Position numbers and translations under genes: made by a program. 64,000 bases of DNA from an uncultured Aliarcobacter sp. Its GTDB lineage: Bacteria; Campylobacterota; Campylobacteria; Campylobacterales; Arcobacteraceae. Positions 30,571-40,227 of the stretch are shown here, in pieces; within the stretch, counting starts at the first letter, position 1, and each line of letters starts with the position of its first letter. Below the pieces are notes generated by a model. The model searched no databases and was not told where the DNA came from. It saw only the letters and a list, made by a program, of their open reading frames with translations. The stretch covers positions 2,208,001-2,272,000 of the forward strand of contig OY781945.1 in assembly GCA_963677435.1 (NCBI GenBank). The letters run 5' to 3'.

Positions 30571-30676
30571 CCCTAAAAATATTATCCCAAGATGCTAAAT
30601 TTATTAGTAATTGGGATAATGCAACTCAATAAATCACTCTACTTTAATCAATCTGTTTTAAAATATATTTTATTTT

Positions 30677-30741
30677 TGCAACTAAGTCGCATTTAAGATT
30701 ATCCGATGTATTATTCCCAAAATAAATGCAACTCAGTTGCA
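30677..30741. promoter_or_regulatory. Two Zur/Fur-family-like boxes upstream of the metal ABC operon
   Basis: TGCAACTAAGTCGCA (30677-30691) and TGCAACTCAGTTGCA (30727-30741). Confidence 0.7.
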
Positions 30742-30753
30742 AAAAGGAATAAA

Positions 30754-31623
30754 ATGTTAAAAAAAATTTTAGGCTTGAGTATCTTAGCATCAACAATGTT
30801 ATTTGCAAAAATCACAGTTACTACAACAATATATCCATTATATAGTGTAGTAAAAGAAGTTGGAGGACAAAATATTACTCTTAATAATCTAATTCCATTT
30901 GGAACAGAACCACATGAGTTTGAACCAAATCCAAAAGATATGGCTATTTTATCAAAAAGTGATATTTTTATTACAAGTGGTGAAGTTATGGAGCCTTGGA
31001 GTGTAAAAATAATCAAATCAATGGATATTGAAAATAAAACATATGACATGAGTAAACATGTAAAACTAGCAACCCACAAAGAGTTCGATGATGGTAAAAC
31101 TTATGACCCACACTATTGGCTTAGTTTTGATAACTATATTAAAATGATAAAAAATGTTGAAACACTTTTGATTAAAAAAGACCTTGCAAATAAAGAAGTT
31201 TATGAAAAAAATGCCTCAATTTATCTTGAAAAAATCACAACTTTACAAAAAGAATATCAAGTATTAAAAACTTGTAAAAACAAAAAAGTTGTTGTAAATC
31301 ACGATGCTTTTGGATATTTAGCAGATGATTATGGAATAACTCAATATTCAATTTCTGGAATGTCACCTGATGAAAAACCATCTGCAAAACAAATTGCTGA
31401 CCTTATAAAAATAGTTAAAACTGAAAATATAAACACAGTATTTTTTGAAGAATTTGCAAGTGATAAAACAGCTAAAACAATTGCCCAAGAAGCAAATGTA
31501 AAAACTGATGCATTAAGACCAGTTGAAAATATAACACAAGAAGAAAATACAAAAAACATAGGTTTCATTGATATTATGACAACAAATTTAATCAAATTAA
31601 AAAGTGCAATGAATTGTCAATAA
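30754..31623 (+). CDS. znuA: Zn/Mn ABC transporter substrate-binding protein
   Basis: EPHEFEP, DPHYWL and HDAFGY motifs; start ATG 30754 after AAGGA. Confidence 0.88.
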   Translation: MLKKILGLSILASTMLFAKITVTTTIYPLYSVVKEVGGQNITLNNLIPFGTEPHEFEPNPKDMAILSKSDIFITSGEVMEPWSVKIIKSMDIENKTYDMSKHVKLATHKEFDDGKTYDPHYWLSFDNYIKMIKNVETLLIKKDLANKEVYEKNASIYLEKITTLQKEYQVLKTCKNKKVVVNHDAFGYLADDYGITQYSISGMSPDEKPSAKQIADLIKIVKTENINTVFFEEFASDKTAKTIAQEANVKTDALRPVENITQEENTKNIGFIDIMTTNLIKLKSAMNCQ

Positions 31624-32363
31624 AATTCTCTGATATTATAATTGATGTTAAAAATCTAACATATAAAGATATTTTACAAAATATATCATTTGAAATATCA
31701 AGAGGTGAATATGCTGCCATCATTGGTCCAAATGGTGGTGGCAAAAGCACTTTAATGAAGATATTATTAGGATTGATTCAACCCTCAAATGCACATATAA
31801 AACTATTTAATTATGAACAATCACTATTTAAACAATATCATAAGATTGCCTATGTACCTCAGCGAGCTACTTTAATAGATAATAACTTCCCGATAACTGT
31901 TCAAGAAGTGATTAATTTAGGATTAGCCCATAAAAGTTCTTTATTTTCAAAGATTTCAAAAGAAGAGAGTTTACATATTCAAAATATTATGGAAAAAATT
32001 GAAATTACAGATTTAAAAAATAGAAGAATTTCACAGCTTTCAGGAGGTCAAAGACAAAGAGTAATGATAGCTCGAGCACTTATTAGCAAACCTGAGATTC
32101 TCATTCTTGATGAACCAAATACAGGTGTTGATACACATTCACAAGCTAAATTTTATGAATTATTGAACAAATTAAATAAACAAGAGAATATTACAATACT
32201 TTTTGTAACCCATGATTTGGGTGTAATTGTAAATGATATTAAAAGAGTTTTATGTATTAACCAAACACTTTTATCATGTCATTCTGCACATGAAATACTT
32301 AACGATGAACAAATGAGTAAAATCTATGGCATCAATAGTAATATTATTTGTCATCATCACTAA
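31614..32363 (+). CDS. znuC: Zn/Mn ABC transporter ATPase
   Basis: GPNGGGKST, LSGGQRQR, DEP; C-terminal CHHH. Confidence 0.9.
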   Translation: MSIKFSDIIIDVKNLTYKDILQNISFEISRGEYAAIIGPNGGGKSTLMKILLGLIQPSNAHIKLFNYEQSLFKQYHKIAYVPQRATLIDNNFPITVQEVINLGLAHKSSLFSKISKEESLHIQNIMEKIEITDLKNRRISQLSGGQRQRVMIARALISKPEILILDEPNTGVDTHSQAKFYELLNKLNKQENITILFVTHDLGVIVNDIKRVLCINQTLLSCHSAHEILNDEQMSKIYGINSNIICHHH

Positions 32364-32371
32364 GGAATTAT

Positions 32372-33190
32372 ATGGAAATTTTTGAATATTCATTTATGAT
32401 ACGAGCTTTTATTGCAGGAATCTTTATAGCTATTTTAGCACCAACTTTAGGTACTTTTGTTGTGGTTAGAAGATATTCTATGCTTTCTGATTCTTTAGCT
32501 CATATATCCTTACTTGGTGTTGCTCTTGGTTTTTTATTCTCAATTTCAACAACATTTAGTGCAATTATAATAGCTCTTTTTGCATCACTAATAATAGAAT
32601 ATTTAAGAAAAAATCATAATATTTATTCGGATTCAATTTTATCAATATTTCTATCTGGTTCACTTGCCATTGCAATTATTATTGTCTCATTATCACACTC
32701 TTTTAATGTGGCACTTTTTGATTACCTTTTTGGCTCAATTGTTGCCGTTTCACAAGAAGATATTTATACGATTTTAATATTTGGAACTGCTACTGCACTT
32801 TTTATTGCAAACTATTATCAAAAACTACTTTTTGTGGCATTTGATGAAGAAGTTGCAAAAGCATCTGGAATAAATGTAGGTTTTTTAAACTATATGTTGG
32901 TATCACTTGTGGCAATAACTATTGGTTTATCCATAAAAATAATTGGTGTATTATTAATAGGTGCATTAATGATAATGCCAGTAATTTCAGCAATGCAATT
33001 TGAAAAGAGTTTTTTTATAACTTGTTTTTTAGCAGTATTTTTTGCAGTTTTAGCTGTAATTGTTGGTCTTTTTGCCTCTTTTTATATTTCATTACCAAGT
33101 GGAGCGACTATTGTGGTTGTTTCCTTAATTATTTTTATATTTAGTATTACACTAAAAATAAATAGAAAAGCTTTAAAATGTGACAATTAA
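32372..33190 (+). CDS. znuB: Zn/Mn ABC transporter permease
   Basis: DSLAHISLLG, YLFGSI, FDEEVA and PSGATIV motifs; ATG 32372 after AAGGA. Confidence 0.9.
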   Translation: MEIFEYSFMIRAFIAGIFIAILAPTLGTFVVVRRYSMLSDSLAHISLLGVALGFLFSISTTFSAIIIALFASLIIEYLRKNHNIYSDSILSIFLSGSLAIAIIIVSLSHSFNVALFDYLFGSIVAVSQEDIYTILIFGTATALFIANYYQKLLFVAFDEEVAKASGINVGFLNYMLVSLVAITIGLSIKIIGVLLIGALMIMPVISAMQFEKSFFITCFLAVFFAVLAVIVGLFASFYISLPSGATIVVVSLIIFIFSITLKINRKALKCDN

Positions 33191-33325
33191 CAAATGTGAT
33201 ATTGATTATATTTTATTATGTTATTATGTATTTGTACATTAAGATTCTCATTTTACTCTTTTTTAAATAGTATTATTATAATTTTCATTTACAAAAATAA
33301 GCATGGTTGCATAAGGAAATTTTAG

Positions 33326-36300
33326 ATGAATGGAAATAAGACTTTTACTATTGTTGCAATTGGGGCAAGTGCTGGTGGATTGGAACCTATAAAATCGTTA
33401 ATAAGTAAAATAACATCATCTGATGCTTTTACATATGTAATTACTCAACATTTAGATCCACAAAAACCTACTGAAATTCTAGAAATTTTATCAAGAGTAT
33501 CACCAATACCCATATCTATGATAGAAAACAATGAAACTATCAAGTCAGATAAAATATATATTTGTCCACCTAAATATGATTTAATTATAGAAAAAAACTG
33601 TTTTAAATTAATTCAACCTTCTTTAAAAGCTTATTTTACTCCTTCTATAGACAAATTTTTTATCTCTCTTGCTAAAAATAAAGAAGATAAAGCAATTGGT
33701 ATTATACTCTCAGGAGCAGGAAATGATGGCTCAAAAGGAATTGAAGCTATAAAAAATTCAGGTGGTATTACAATTGCCCAAGAAGAATCAACAGCTATTC
33801 ATCCTGAAATGCCAAAATCAGCAATAAATACAAATCATATAGATTTAGTTTTGCCACCTGATAATATTGCTTTAGAGTTACAAACTATTCTAAAAGATTC
33901 ATTTATTTTAGATAAAGAAGAAGATTATGCCAATCAACTAAATAAAATTTATAGTATTTTATTTGATAAAACAAATACAGATTTTAGCGATTATAAAACT
34001 AGTACTATTCAAAGAAGAATAAAAAGAAGAATGATTTTAAATAAAAGAAATAACCTAAGTGATTATATTGATTTTTTAAAACATTCTGAAAAAGAAGTCT
34101 TTTTATTACATAAAGAGTTATTAGTAATCGTAACATCTTTTTTTAGAGATAAAGATGCTTTTATAGAGTTAGAAAAAACAGTAGAAGATCTTTTATTAAA
34201 AAAAGAAAAAAATGAACCTATTAGAGTTTGGGTTTCAGGTTGTGCTACAGGTGAAGAAGCATATACTATAGCTATTGTTTTACATGAGATATTAGAAAAA
34301 AACGACTTAAATAACAAAATCCAAATCTTTGCAACTGATATATCAACAGAAGCCATATCAATTGCCCGAAAAGGAAGCTATTTAGAAGATGATTTAAAAG
34401 ATCTTAGTCAAATTATTTTAGATAAATATTTTGAAAAAAAAGATGGAGAGTTTAAACTATCTAAGGATATTAGAGATTTAATTATCTTTTCAAAACATGA
34501 TATTATAAAAGATCCTGCGTTTTTAAACATGGATTTAATTACCTGTAGAAATTTACTTATCTATTTTAATCCTACTCTTCAAAAAAGAATTTTTTCTATA
34601 TTTTTCAATGTCTTAAGAAAAGACGGTTTTCTTTTTTTAGGAAAAAGCGAAAGTACTATTAATCTTACAAATCTTTTTTCTAGTGTAAATAGTAAAAGTA
34701 AAATTTTTAAAAAAGATTTATCAGCATCTTCTCCTAGTTATGATAATTTAGCTTATAATCACAAAAAATTTACATCAAATACAATTCCTATAAAAAAAGA
34801 TGAAAATAGAAATCATTTGCAAGATTCTCTATGTCAAACTATATTAAATCAATATATTCAAAATTATATTATTATAAATAAAGAAAATAATATTGTCTAC
34901 ACACAAGGTGAATTAGATAATTATATGAAACTACCTAAAGGTGGATTTACTCAAGAATTATTCTCTTTTTTAAAAGATAATATAAGAGTAGATGTAAGAA
35001 CTGCCATTATAAAAGCTAGAAGAGAAAATGAGATAGTTAAACTAAATATCAAATTAAATAAAGAAAAAAATCTACAAATTGATGTTCTTCCTATAACAGA
35101 AAATCACTCTAAGACAGAGAGTTTATGCATTATTTTTAAAGAAAACGAAGATAATATAACTATAGATTTAACAAGTGAAAATAGAGATTTATTTGATACT
35201 TATAATAGAGTAAATATCCAAGAATTAGAACTTGAATTAATAGAAACAAAAGAGAGACTTCAATCAGCGGTTGAAGATTTACAATCTTCAAATGAGGAAC
35301 TTCAAAGTACTAATGAAGAATTCCAGTCAAGTAATGAAGAGTTACAATCTTCAAATGAAGAGCTTCAAAGTACAAATGAAGAGCTCACTGTTGTAAATGA
35401 AGAGCTAGAAACAAAATCTAATGAGTTAATAAAAGCAAAATTAGAACTAGAACATATAAATAATAATTTAGAAAATCTAGTTAATGAAAAAACTATTGAA
35501 ATAAAAAAAATAAATGAAAATCTTGAAGAAAAAAATAGTGCATTAACTGAAACATTAGAATTATTTGAAAATACATTTGAACAAGCAGCTGTTGGAATTG
35601 CCCATCTTTCACTAAATGGTAGATGGCTAAAAGTAAATAATAAGTTTTGTGAAATTGTTGGTTATTCAAAAGAAGAATTAATTGAGTCAGAATTTAAAGA
35701 TATAACACATCCTGATGATTTAGATGAAGATTTAGTTTATATTGCTCGGTTATTAAAAGGTGAAATCAATAACTATTCACTAAATAAGCGTTATTATAAA
35801 AAAGATAAATCAATAATTTGGATAAATTTAACATCCTCTCTTGTAAGAAACAGTTCAACTAGTGAACCAGACTATTTTATAAATGTAATAAAAGATATAT
35901 CTTTGCAAAAAGAGTATGAATTACAATTACAATTACAAAAAGATGAGCTTGAGATTATTTTTGATTTTAGTCATGACAGTATTGTTATTATAGATTTAGA
36001 TATGAATTTTTTGAAATTTAATAAGGCATTTTTAGATTTGACAGGATATTCACAAGAGTATTTATTATCAATAAATTACAATGATTTAACTGCTTCTGAA
36101 GATAAAAAAATAAATGAATTAGCAATAAAAAAAGCTATTGAGATTGGACATGTGGAAAATATTGAAAAATGTTATATTCTTAATGACAAAAAAGTTGTTA
36201 CTGTTAATATGAGTGCAACTTTACTTCCTAATAAAAAAAATATTCTTTTATCATTAAAAGATATTTCAAATTTAAAAATTATGGAAGAACAATCAAAGCT

Positions 36301-37012
36301 AGCTTCAATGGGAGAAATGATAGGAAATATTGCCCACCAATGGAGACAACCTTTAAGTGTAATTACAACAAGTATAAGTGGCCTAAAAATGAAGTCTGAA
36401 ATATTAGGGGTAGAAAAAAATGATATAAATACTTGTGAAGAGAATATTCTTAAACAAGCAAATTATCTTTCAGATACGATTGATAATTTTAGAAATTTCC
36501 TAAAACCTGAAATATTTATTCGTAAAATTAGTATTATAAATCTTGTTGAAAATACTTTAAGTATTACAGGTGCTTCCCTAAGTAATAACTATATAACAAC
36601 AATTTTAGATTTAAAAGATGATTTAAGTATTGATGGCAATATCAATGAATTAACTGAAGCACTTATAAACATAATAAATAATAGTAAAGATATATTAAAA
36701 AGTGATGTAGTAGTAGAAGCAGATAGATTGTTATTTATATCTACAGAAAAAATAGATGATAAAAATTTAGAATTAAAAATATTAGATAGTGGTGGAGGGA
36801 TTAAAGATTCTCTTATGAATAAAATTTTTGAGCCGTATTTTACAACAAAACATCAATCTCAAGGAACAGGATTGGGTTTATCAATAAGCTATAAAATAAT
36901 CACTCAAAGATATTTTGGAAATATTAGTGTTTGCAATGAAAATTTCGAATATAACAATAACCCTTATAAGGGAGCATGTTTTAAAATTTTATTTAAAAAT
37001 TTAAGTGAGTAA
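33326..37012 (+). CDS. CheB-CheR-coiled coil-PAS-PAS-histidine kinase fusion protein
   Basis: GASAGG/QH/GNDG (CheB); GCATGEEAY and CRNLLIYF (CheR); THPDD (PAS); IAHQWRQPL, FTTK and GTGLGL (kinase). Confidence 0.92.
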   Translation: MNGNKTFTIVAIGASAGGLEPIKSLISKITSSDAFTYVITQHLDPQKPTEILEILSRVSPIPISMIENNETIKSDKIYICPPKYDLIIEKNCFKLIQPSLKAYFTPSIDKFFISLAKNKEDKAIGIILSGAGNDGSKGIEAIKNSGGITIAQEESTAIHPEMPKSAINTNHIDLVLPPDNIALELQTILKDSFILDKEEDYANQLNKIYSILFDKTNTDFSDYKTSTIQRRIKRRMILNKRNNLSDYIDFLKHSEKEVFLLHKELLVIVTSFFRDKDAFIELEKTVEDLLLKKEKNEPIRVWVSGCATGEEAYTIAIVLHEILEKNDLNNKIQIFATDISTEAISIARKGSYLEDDLKDLSQIILDKYFEKKDGEFKLSKDIRDLIIFSKHDIIKDPAFLNMDLITCRNLLIYFNPTLQKRIFSIFFNVLRKDGFLFLGKSESTINLTNLFSSVNSKSKIFKKDLSASSPSYDNLAYNHKKFTSNTIPIKKDENRNHLQDSLCQTILNQYIQNYIIINKENNIVYTQGELDNYMKLPKGGFTQELFSFLKDNIRVDVRTAIIKARRENEIVKLNIKLNKEKNLQIDVLPITENHSKTESLCIIFKENEDNITIDLTSENRDLFDTYNRVNIQELELELIETKERLQSAVEDLQSSNEELQSTNEEFQSSNEELQSSNEELQSTNEELTVVNEELETKSNELIKAKLELEHINNNLENLVNEKTIEIKKINENLEEKNSALTETLELFENTFEQAAVGIAHLSLNGRWLKVNNKFCEIVGYSKEELIESEFKDITHPDDLDEDLVYIARLLKGEINNYSLNKRYYKKDKSIIWINLTSSLVRNSSTSEPDYFINVIKDISLQKEYELQLQLQKDELEIIFDFSHDSIVIIDLDMNFLKFNKAFLDLTGYSQEYLLSINYNDLTASEDKKINELAIKKAIEIGHVENIEKCYILNDKKVVTVNMSATLLPNKKNILLSLKDISNLKIMEEQSKLASMGEMIGNIAHQWRQPLSVITTSISGLKMKSEILGVEKNDINTCEENILKQANYLSDTIDNFRNFLKPEIFIRKISIINLVENTLSITGASLSNNYITTILDLKDDLSIDGNINELTEALINIINNSKDILKSDVVVEADRLLFISTEKIDDKNLELKILDSGGGIKDSLMNKIFEPYFTTKHQSQGTGLGLSISYKIITQRYFGNISVCNENFEYNNNPYKGACFKILFKNLSE
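35279..35404 (+). repeat. In-frame 21-nt imperfect tandem repeats encoding LQS(S/T)NEE heptads
   Basis: Six heptad units inside the CheB-CheR kinase coiled coil. Confidence 0.8.
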
Positions 37013-37082
37013 AACTGATAAAGATTATTTTGTCTTTTTAATTTCTAATTGGATAAAATCCATTCAAAAAAAGAAGAGTGAT

Positions 37083-37649
37083 ATGTTTAATACAAATGAT
37101 TATTGGGAAGAAGAATTTTTAGAGTATGATGATAAAAACTTAGATTCTATCTATTTTGATAACTGTACTTTTCTAAAATGCGACTTTTCTAAAGCTATTT
37201 TTTATGGCTGTAAGTTCACTGAATGCACTTTTACAAACTGTGATTTATCCCTAGCATCATTGAAATCTTGCACTTTTAATGATGTTACATTTGAAAACTG
37301 CAAACTCATAGGTATCTCTTGGAGTAGTTGTCAAGAACCTTTTGATGTAACTTATAACTCTTGTAATCTTTCTCAAAACTCTTTTCATTTACTTGATTTA
37401 AGACAAATGAAATTTGTGAATTCACTAATAAGAGATACTGGCTTTGAAGAGTGTAATCTTGAACGAGCACTTTTTGAAACTTGCGATTTAGAACTAACAA
37501 GTTTTATAAATAATAATCTAAAAAAAGCAAACTTTGAAACAGCGAAAAATTATCTTATTGATCCAAAACAAAATGATATAAAAGATGCTTTATTTTCCCT
37601 TCCAGAAGCTTTGAGTTTTTTAAATTTGCTTCCTATAAAATTAAAATGA
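37083..37649 (+). CDS. Pentapeptide repeat protein
   Basis: Repeating F..C.F..C/L pentapeptides, CKLIG, LPEALSFL; start set to ATG 37083. Confidence 0.88.
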   Translation: MFNTNDYWEEEFLEYDDKNLDSIYFDNCTFLKCDFSKAIFYGCKFTECTFTNCDLSLASLKSCTFNDVTFENCKLIGISWSSCQEPFDVTYNSCNLSQNSFHLLDLRQMKFVNSLIRDTGFEECNLERALFETCDLELTSFINNNLKKANFETAKNYLIDPKQNDIKDALFSLPEALSFLNLLPIKLK

Positions 37650-38404
37650 ATATCTTAAAAATAACTATACTAATAAATTTAGTATTTAATTGTGCCTTTG
37701 CAAATGATAAAGATATAAAAACTATTTTTGATAAAACGCAAATCAATGGAACACTTGTTATTTCATCTTTAGATGGGAAAAAAGAGTATATATATAATAA
37801 ACAAAGAGCAATAACAAAATATATTCCTGCCTCAACTTTTAAAATACCAAATACACTAATCGCATTACAAGAACAAGTGATAAAAGATGAAAATGAAATC
37901 ATAAAATGGGATGGAATAATAAGGTCTTATGATTTTTGGAATAAAGATCAAACTTTACAAAGTGCAATTAAGTACTCATGTGTGTGGTGTTATCAAATAT
38001 TTGCAAAAAAAATTGGTAATGACAAATATCTAACTTATTTAAAAAAACTTCACTATGGTAATGAAAAAACAGGTGAAAATGTAACAACTTTTTGGTTGGA
38101 TGGTGATTTAAAAATATCTGCGATTGAGCAAATAGAGTTTCTAAAAAAGTTATATAACAATGATTTACCTTTTAATCAAAAATATATAGACATCACCAAA
38201 AAAATATTGACAGATGAAGAGACAAAAGACTATATACTCAAAGCTAAATCTGGTTGGTCAGGGAAAATTGGCTGGTATGTTGGTTATATACAAAGTAAAG
38301 ATAAAGTGTGGTTTTTCGCATTAAATGCTGATATTTCAAAAGAACAATTAAAATATAGAAAAGAAATAGTAATCGAAGCTTTAAAGATAAGAAAAATAAT
38401 ATGA
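37646..38404 (+). CDS. blaOXA: Class D beta-lactamase (OXA family)
   Basis: PASTFK, SCV, YGN, FWLDG, KSG and GWYVG motifs; signal peptide. Confidence 0.92.
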   Translation: MNILKITILINLVFNCAFANDKDIKTIFDKTQINGTLVISSLDGKKEYIYNKQRAITKYIPASTFKIPNTLIALQEQVIKDENEIIKWDGIIRSYDFWNKDQTLQSAIKYSCVWCYQIFAKKIGNDKYLTYLKKLHYGNEKTGENVTTFWLDGDLKISAIEQIEFLKKLYNNDLPFNQKYIDITKKILTDEETKDYILKAKSGWSGKIGWYVGYIQSKDKVWFFALNADISKEQLKYRKEIVIEALKIRKII

Positions 38405-39012
38405 ATTTACCACTTGAACACGCACTTACAGTATTTATGGCTTTTTTTGCCATAATGAATCCTATTGCAAACACTACAGTTTTTGTAGCCCTTGCAGGAG
38501 ATAGAAAAGCTTCTGTACAAAAACAGATTGCTAGAAAATCATTATTCATAACTTTTATAATAATAGTTTTATTTGCAGTTTTAGGAAAATCTATCTTTAA
38601 TTTGTTTGGAATAACTCTTCCTGCTTTAAAAATAACTGGTGGTATTTTGATATTTTTAGTTGGTTATCATATGTTACAAGGTTCGAATTCTAAACTACAT
38701 ACAGCCCAAGAAAGTGAAGATACAGAAGTTTCAATATCTCCTTTAGCTGTGCCTTTATTAGCAGGACCTGGAACCATTGCAACTGCTATGAATTATTCAG
38801 CAAGTGGAGGTTGGCTTGAAATTGTAATTACTGTTTTTGTATTTGCACTTTTATGTATTATTACTTATATTTGTTTCATATTTAGTACTAAAATTATATC
38901 TATTGTGGGAGAACAAGGTCTTAGTTTAGTTACAAGATTAATGGGATTAATTCTAGCTGTTATTGGAGTGCAAATGTTAATTATAGGAATAAATAATGCC
39001 TTTAACTTTTGA
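38401..39012 (+). CDS. MarC family membrane protein
   Basis: FAIMNP, PLAVPLLAGPG and RLMGLILAVIGVQM motifs. Confidence 0.92.
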   Translation: MNLPLEHALTVFMAFFAIMNPIANTTVFVALAGDRKASVQKQIARKSLFITFIIIVLFAVLGKSIFNLFGITLPALKITGGILIFLVGYHMLQGSNSKLHTAQESEDTEVSISPLAVPLLAGPGTIATAMNYSASGGWLEIVITVFVFALLCIITYICFIFSTKIISIVGEQGLSLVTRLMGLILAVIGVQMLIIGINNAFNF

Positions 39013-39595
39013 AGAACAATTTGATATTTTATATCCAATACTTAATAATATTTCTCCTATTTCAAAAGTTAACTGGGAAATTGCAAAACCATATTTCAAA
39101 ACAAAAACATTAAAACAAGGTGAACATCTTTTTTATATGGATGATAAGGTTGAAGATTTTTATTTTTTAATTGATGGATTAGCTAGATATTATTATCTTA
39201 CTGAAAAAGGAAAAGAGTTTAACAAATCTTTTGCAGAAAAAAAAGGACATCTGTTAAGTAGTATATCTGCTGTATCACATGGAACTGGTTCTCCTTTTAG
39301 TGTGGAGGTACTTAGTTCATTTACAACACTTTATATTCCCTATAAAAAACTTTTAGAACTGGGCGAAAAATATAAAGAGTGGAATGATTTGTTATTGCGT
39401 ATTTACGAAAATTTAATCATCAAAAAAGAGAGAAGAGAAGCTGATTTTTTACTTTTAAGTGCAAGAGAGCGTTATGAAAAATTCTTAAGTGATTATTCAA
39501 TGATAGAAGATGCTGTTCCTAACTATCATATTGCTTCATATTTAGGTATTACAGATGTTGCTTTATCAAGAATTAGAAAAGAGATGAAAAATTAA
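38996..39595 (+). CDS. Crp/Fnr family transcriptional regulator
   Basis: cNMP-binding-like N-terminal domain; ARERY...IASYLGITDVALSRIRK HTH. Confidence 0.9.
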   Translation: MPLTFEEQFDILYPILNNISPISKVNWEIAKPYFKTKTLKQGEHLFYMDDKVEDFYFLIDGLARYYYLTEKGKEFNKSFAEKKGHLLSSISAVSHGTGSPFSVEVLSSFTTLYIPYKKLLELGEKYKEWNDLLLRIYENLIIKKERREADFLLLSARERYEKFLSDYSMIEDAVPNYHIASYLGITDVALSRIRKEMKN

Positions 39596-39633
39596 CATAG
39601 GTTAATGACAATAAAAAAATTTGATTGTATACT
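39592..39633 (+). promoter_or_regulatory. Crp/Fnr-family class II promoter (TTAAC-N4-GTTAA box plus -10 TATACT)
   Basis: TTAACATAGGTTAA at 39592-39605 and TATACT at 39628-39633, putting the box centre at about -41.5. Confidence 0.7.
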
Positions 39634-39660
39634 TTGCTTATCAATTTTATGGAGACAAAG

Positions 39661-40227
39661 ATGCAATTAAAAATAGCCCAAATAAAAGATATAGATAATA
39701 TTTTAAAACTACACGCAAAATACCAACTAGCAACTATTGCAGAAGATGATAAAAAAGATGGATTTGTAACTACTGGATTTACTCCTGAAGAACTTAAAGC
39801 GATCATTGAGCAAGAACAAGGAATTTTTATAGCTGTTGAAGATGATACAGTTCTTGGATATGTAATGTCAGCTTCTTGGCAGTTTTGGTCAAAATGGCCA
39901 ATGTTTGTTCATATGATAAAAGACTTACCAAAACTTAACTATTTAGGACAACCTTTAAGCGTAGATAATTCTTACCAATATGGACCTGTTTGTATAGATA
40001 AAAGTGTAAGAGGAAGCGGACTTTTAGAAAAGCTTTTTGATTTTGCTTTAGAGTCTATGTCTAAGCGATACCCTATTTTAGTAACTTTTGTAAATGTAAT
40101 CAATGAGCGTTCTTATGCTGCTCACAAAAGAAAATTAGGACTTGATGTTATTCAAGAGTTTGAATTTAACAGTAATAGATACTACGAGATGGTTTTTGAT
40201 ACTTCAAAAAGAGTTTTAAAAAAATAA
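39661..40227 (+). CDS. GNAT family N-acetyltransferase
   Basis: DGFVTT, YGPVCIDKSVRGSGL and NERSYAAH motifs; ATG 39661 after GGAG. Confidence 0.85.
   Translation: MQLKIAQIKDIDNILKLHAKYQLATIAEDDKKDGFVTTGFTPEELKAIIEQEQGIFIAVEDDTVLGYVMSASWQFWSKWPMFVHMIKDLPKLNYLGQPLSVDNSYQYGPVCIDKSVRGSGLLEKLFDFALESMSKRYPILVTFVNVINERSYAAHKRKLGLDVIQEFEFNSNRYYEMVFDTSKRVLKK

Noticed and set aside
35279..35404. 21-nt periodic repeats as a CRISPR array or VNTR
   Set aside because: They are in frame, vary at synonymous positions and have no spacers; this is the usual heptad coil of CheB-CheR fusions.
37083..37649. Calling the pentapeptide protein qnr
   Set aside because: Only generic pentapeptide repeats are visible; I cannot recognise Qnr-specific sequence.
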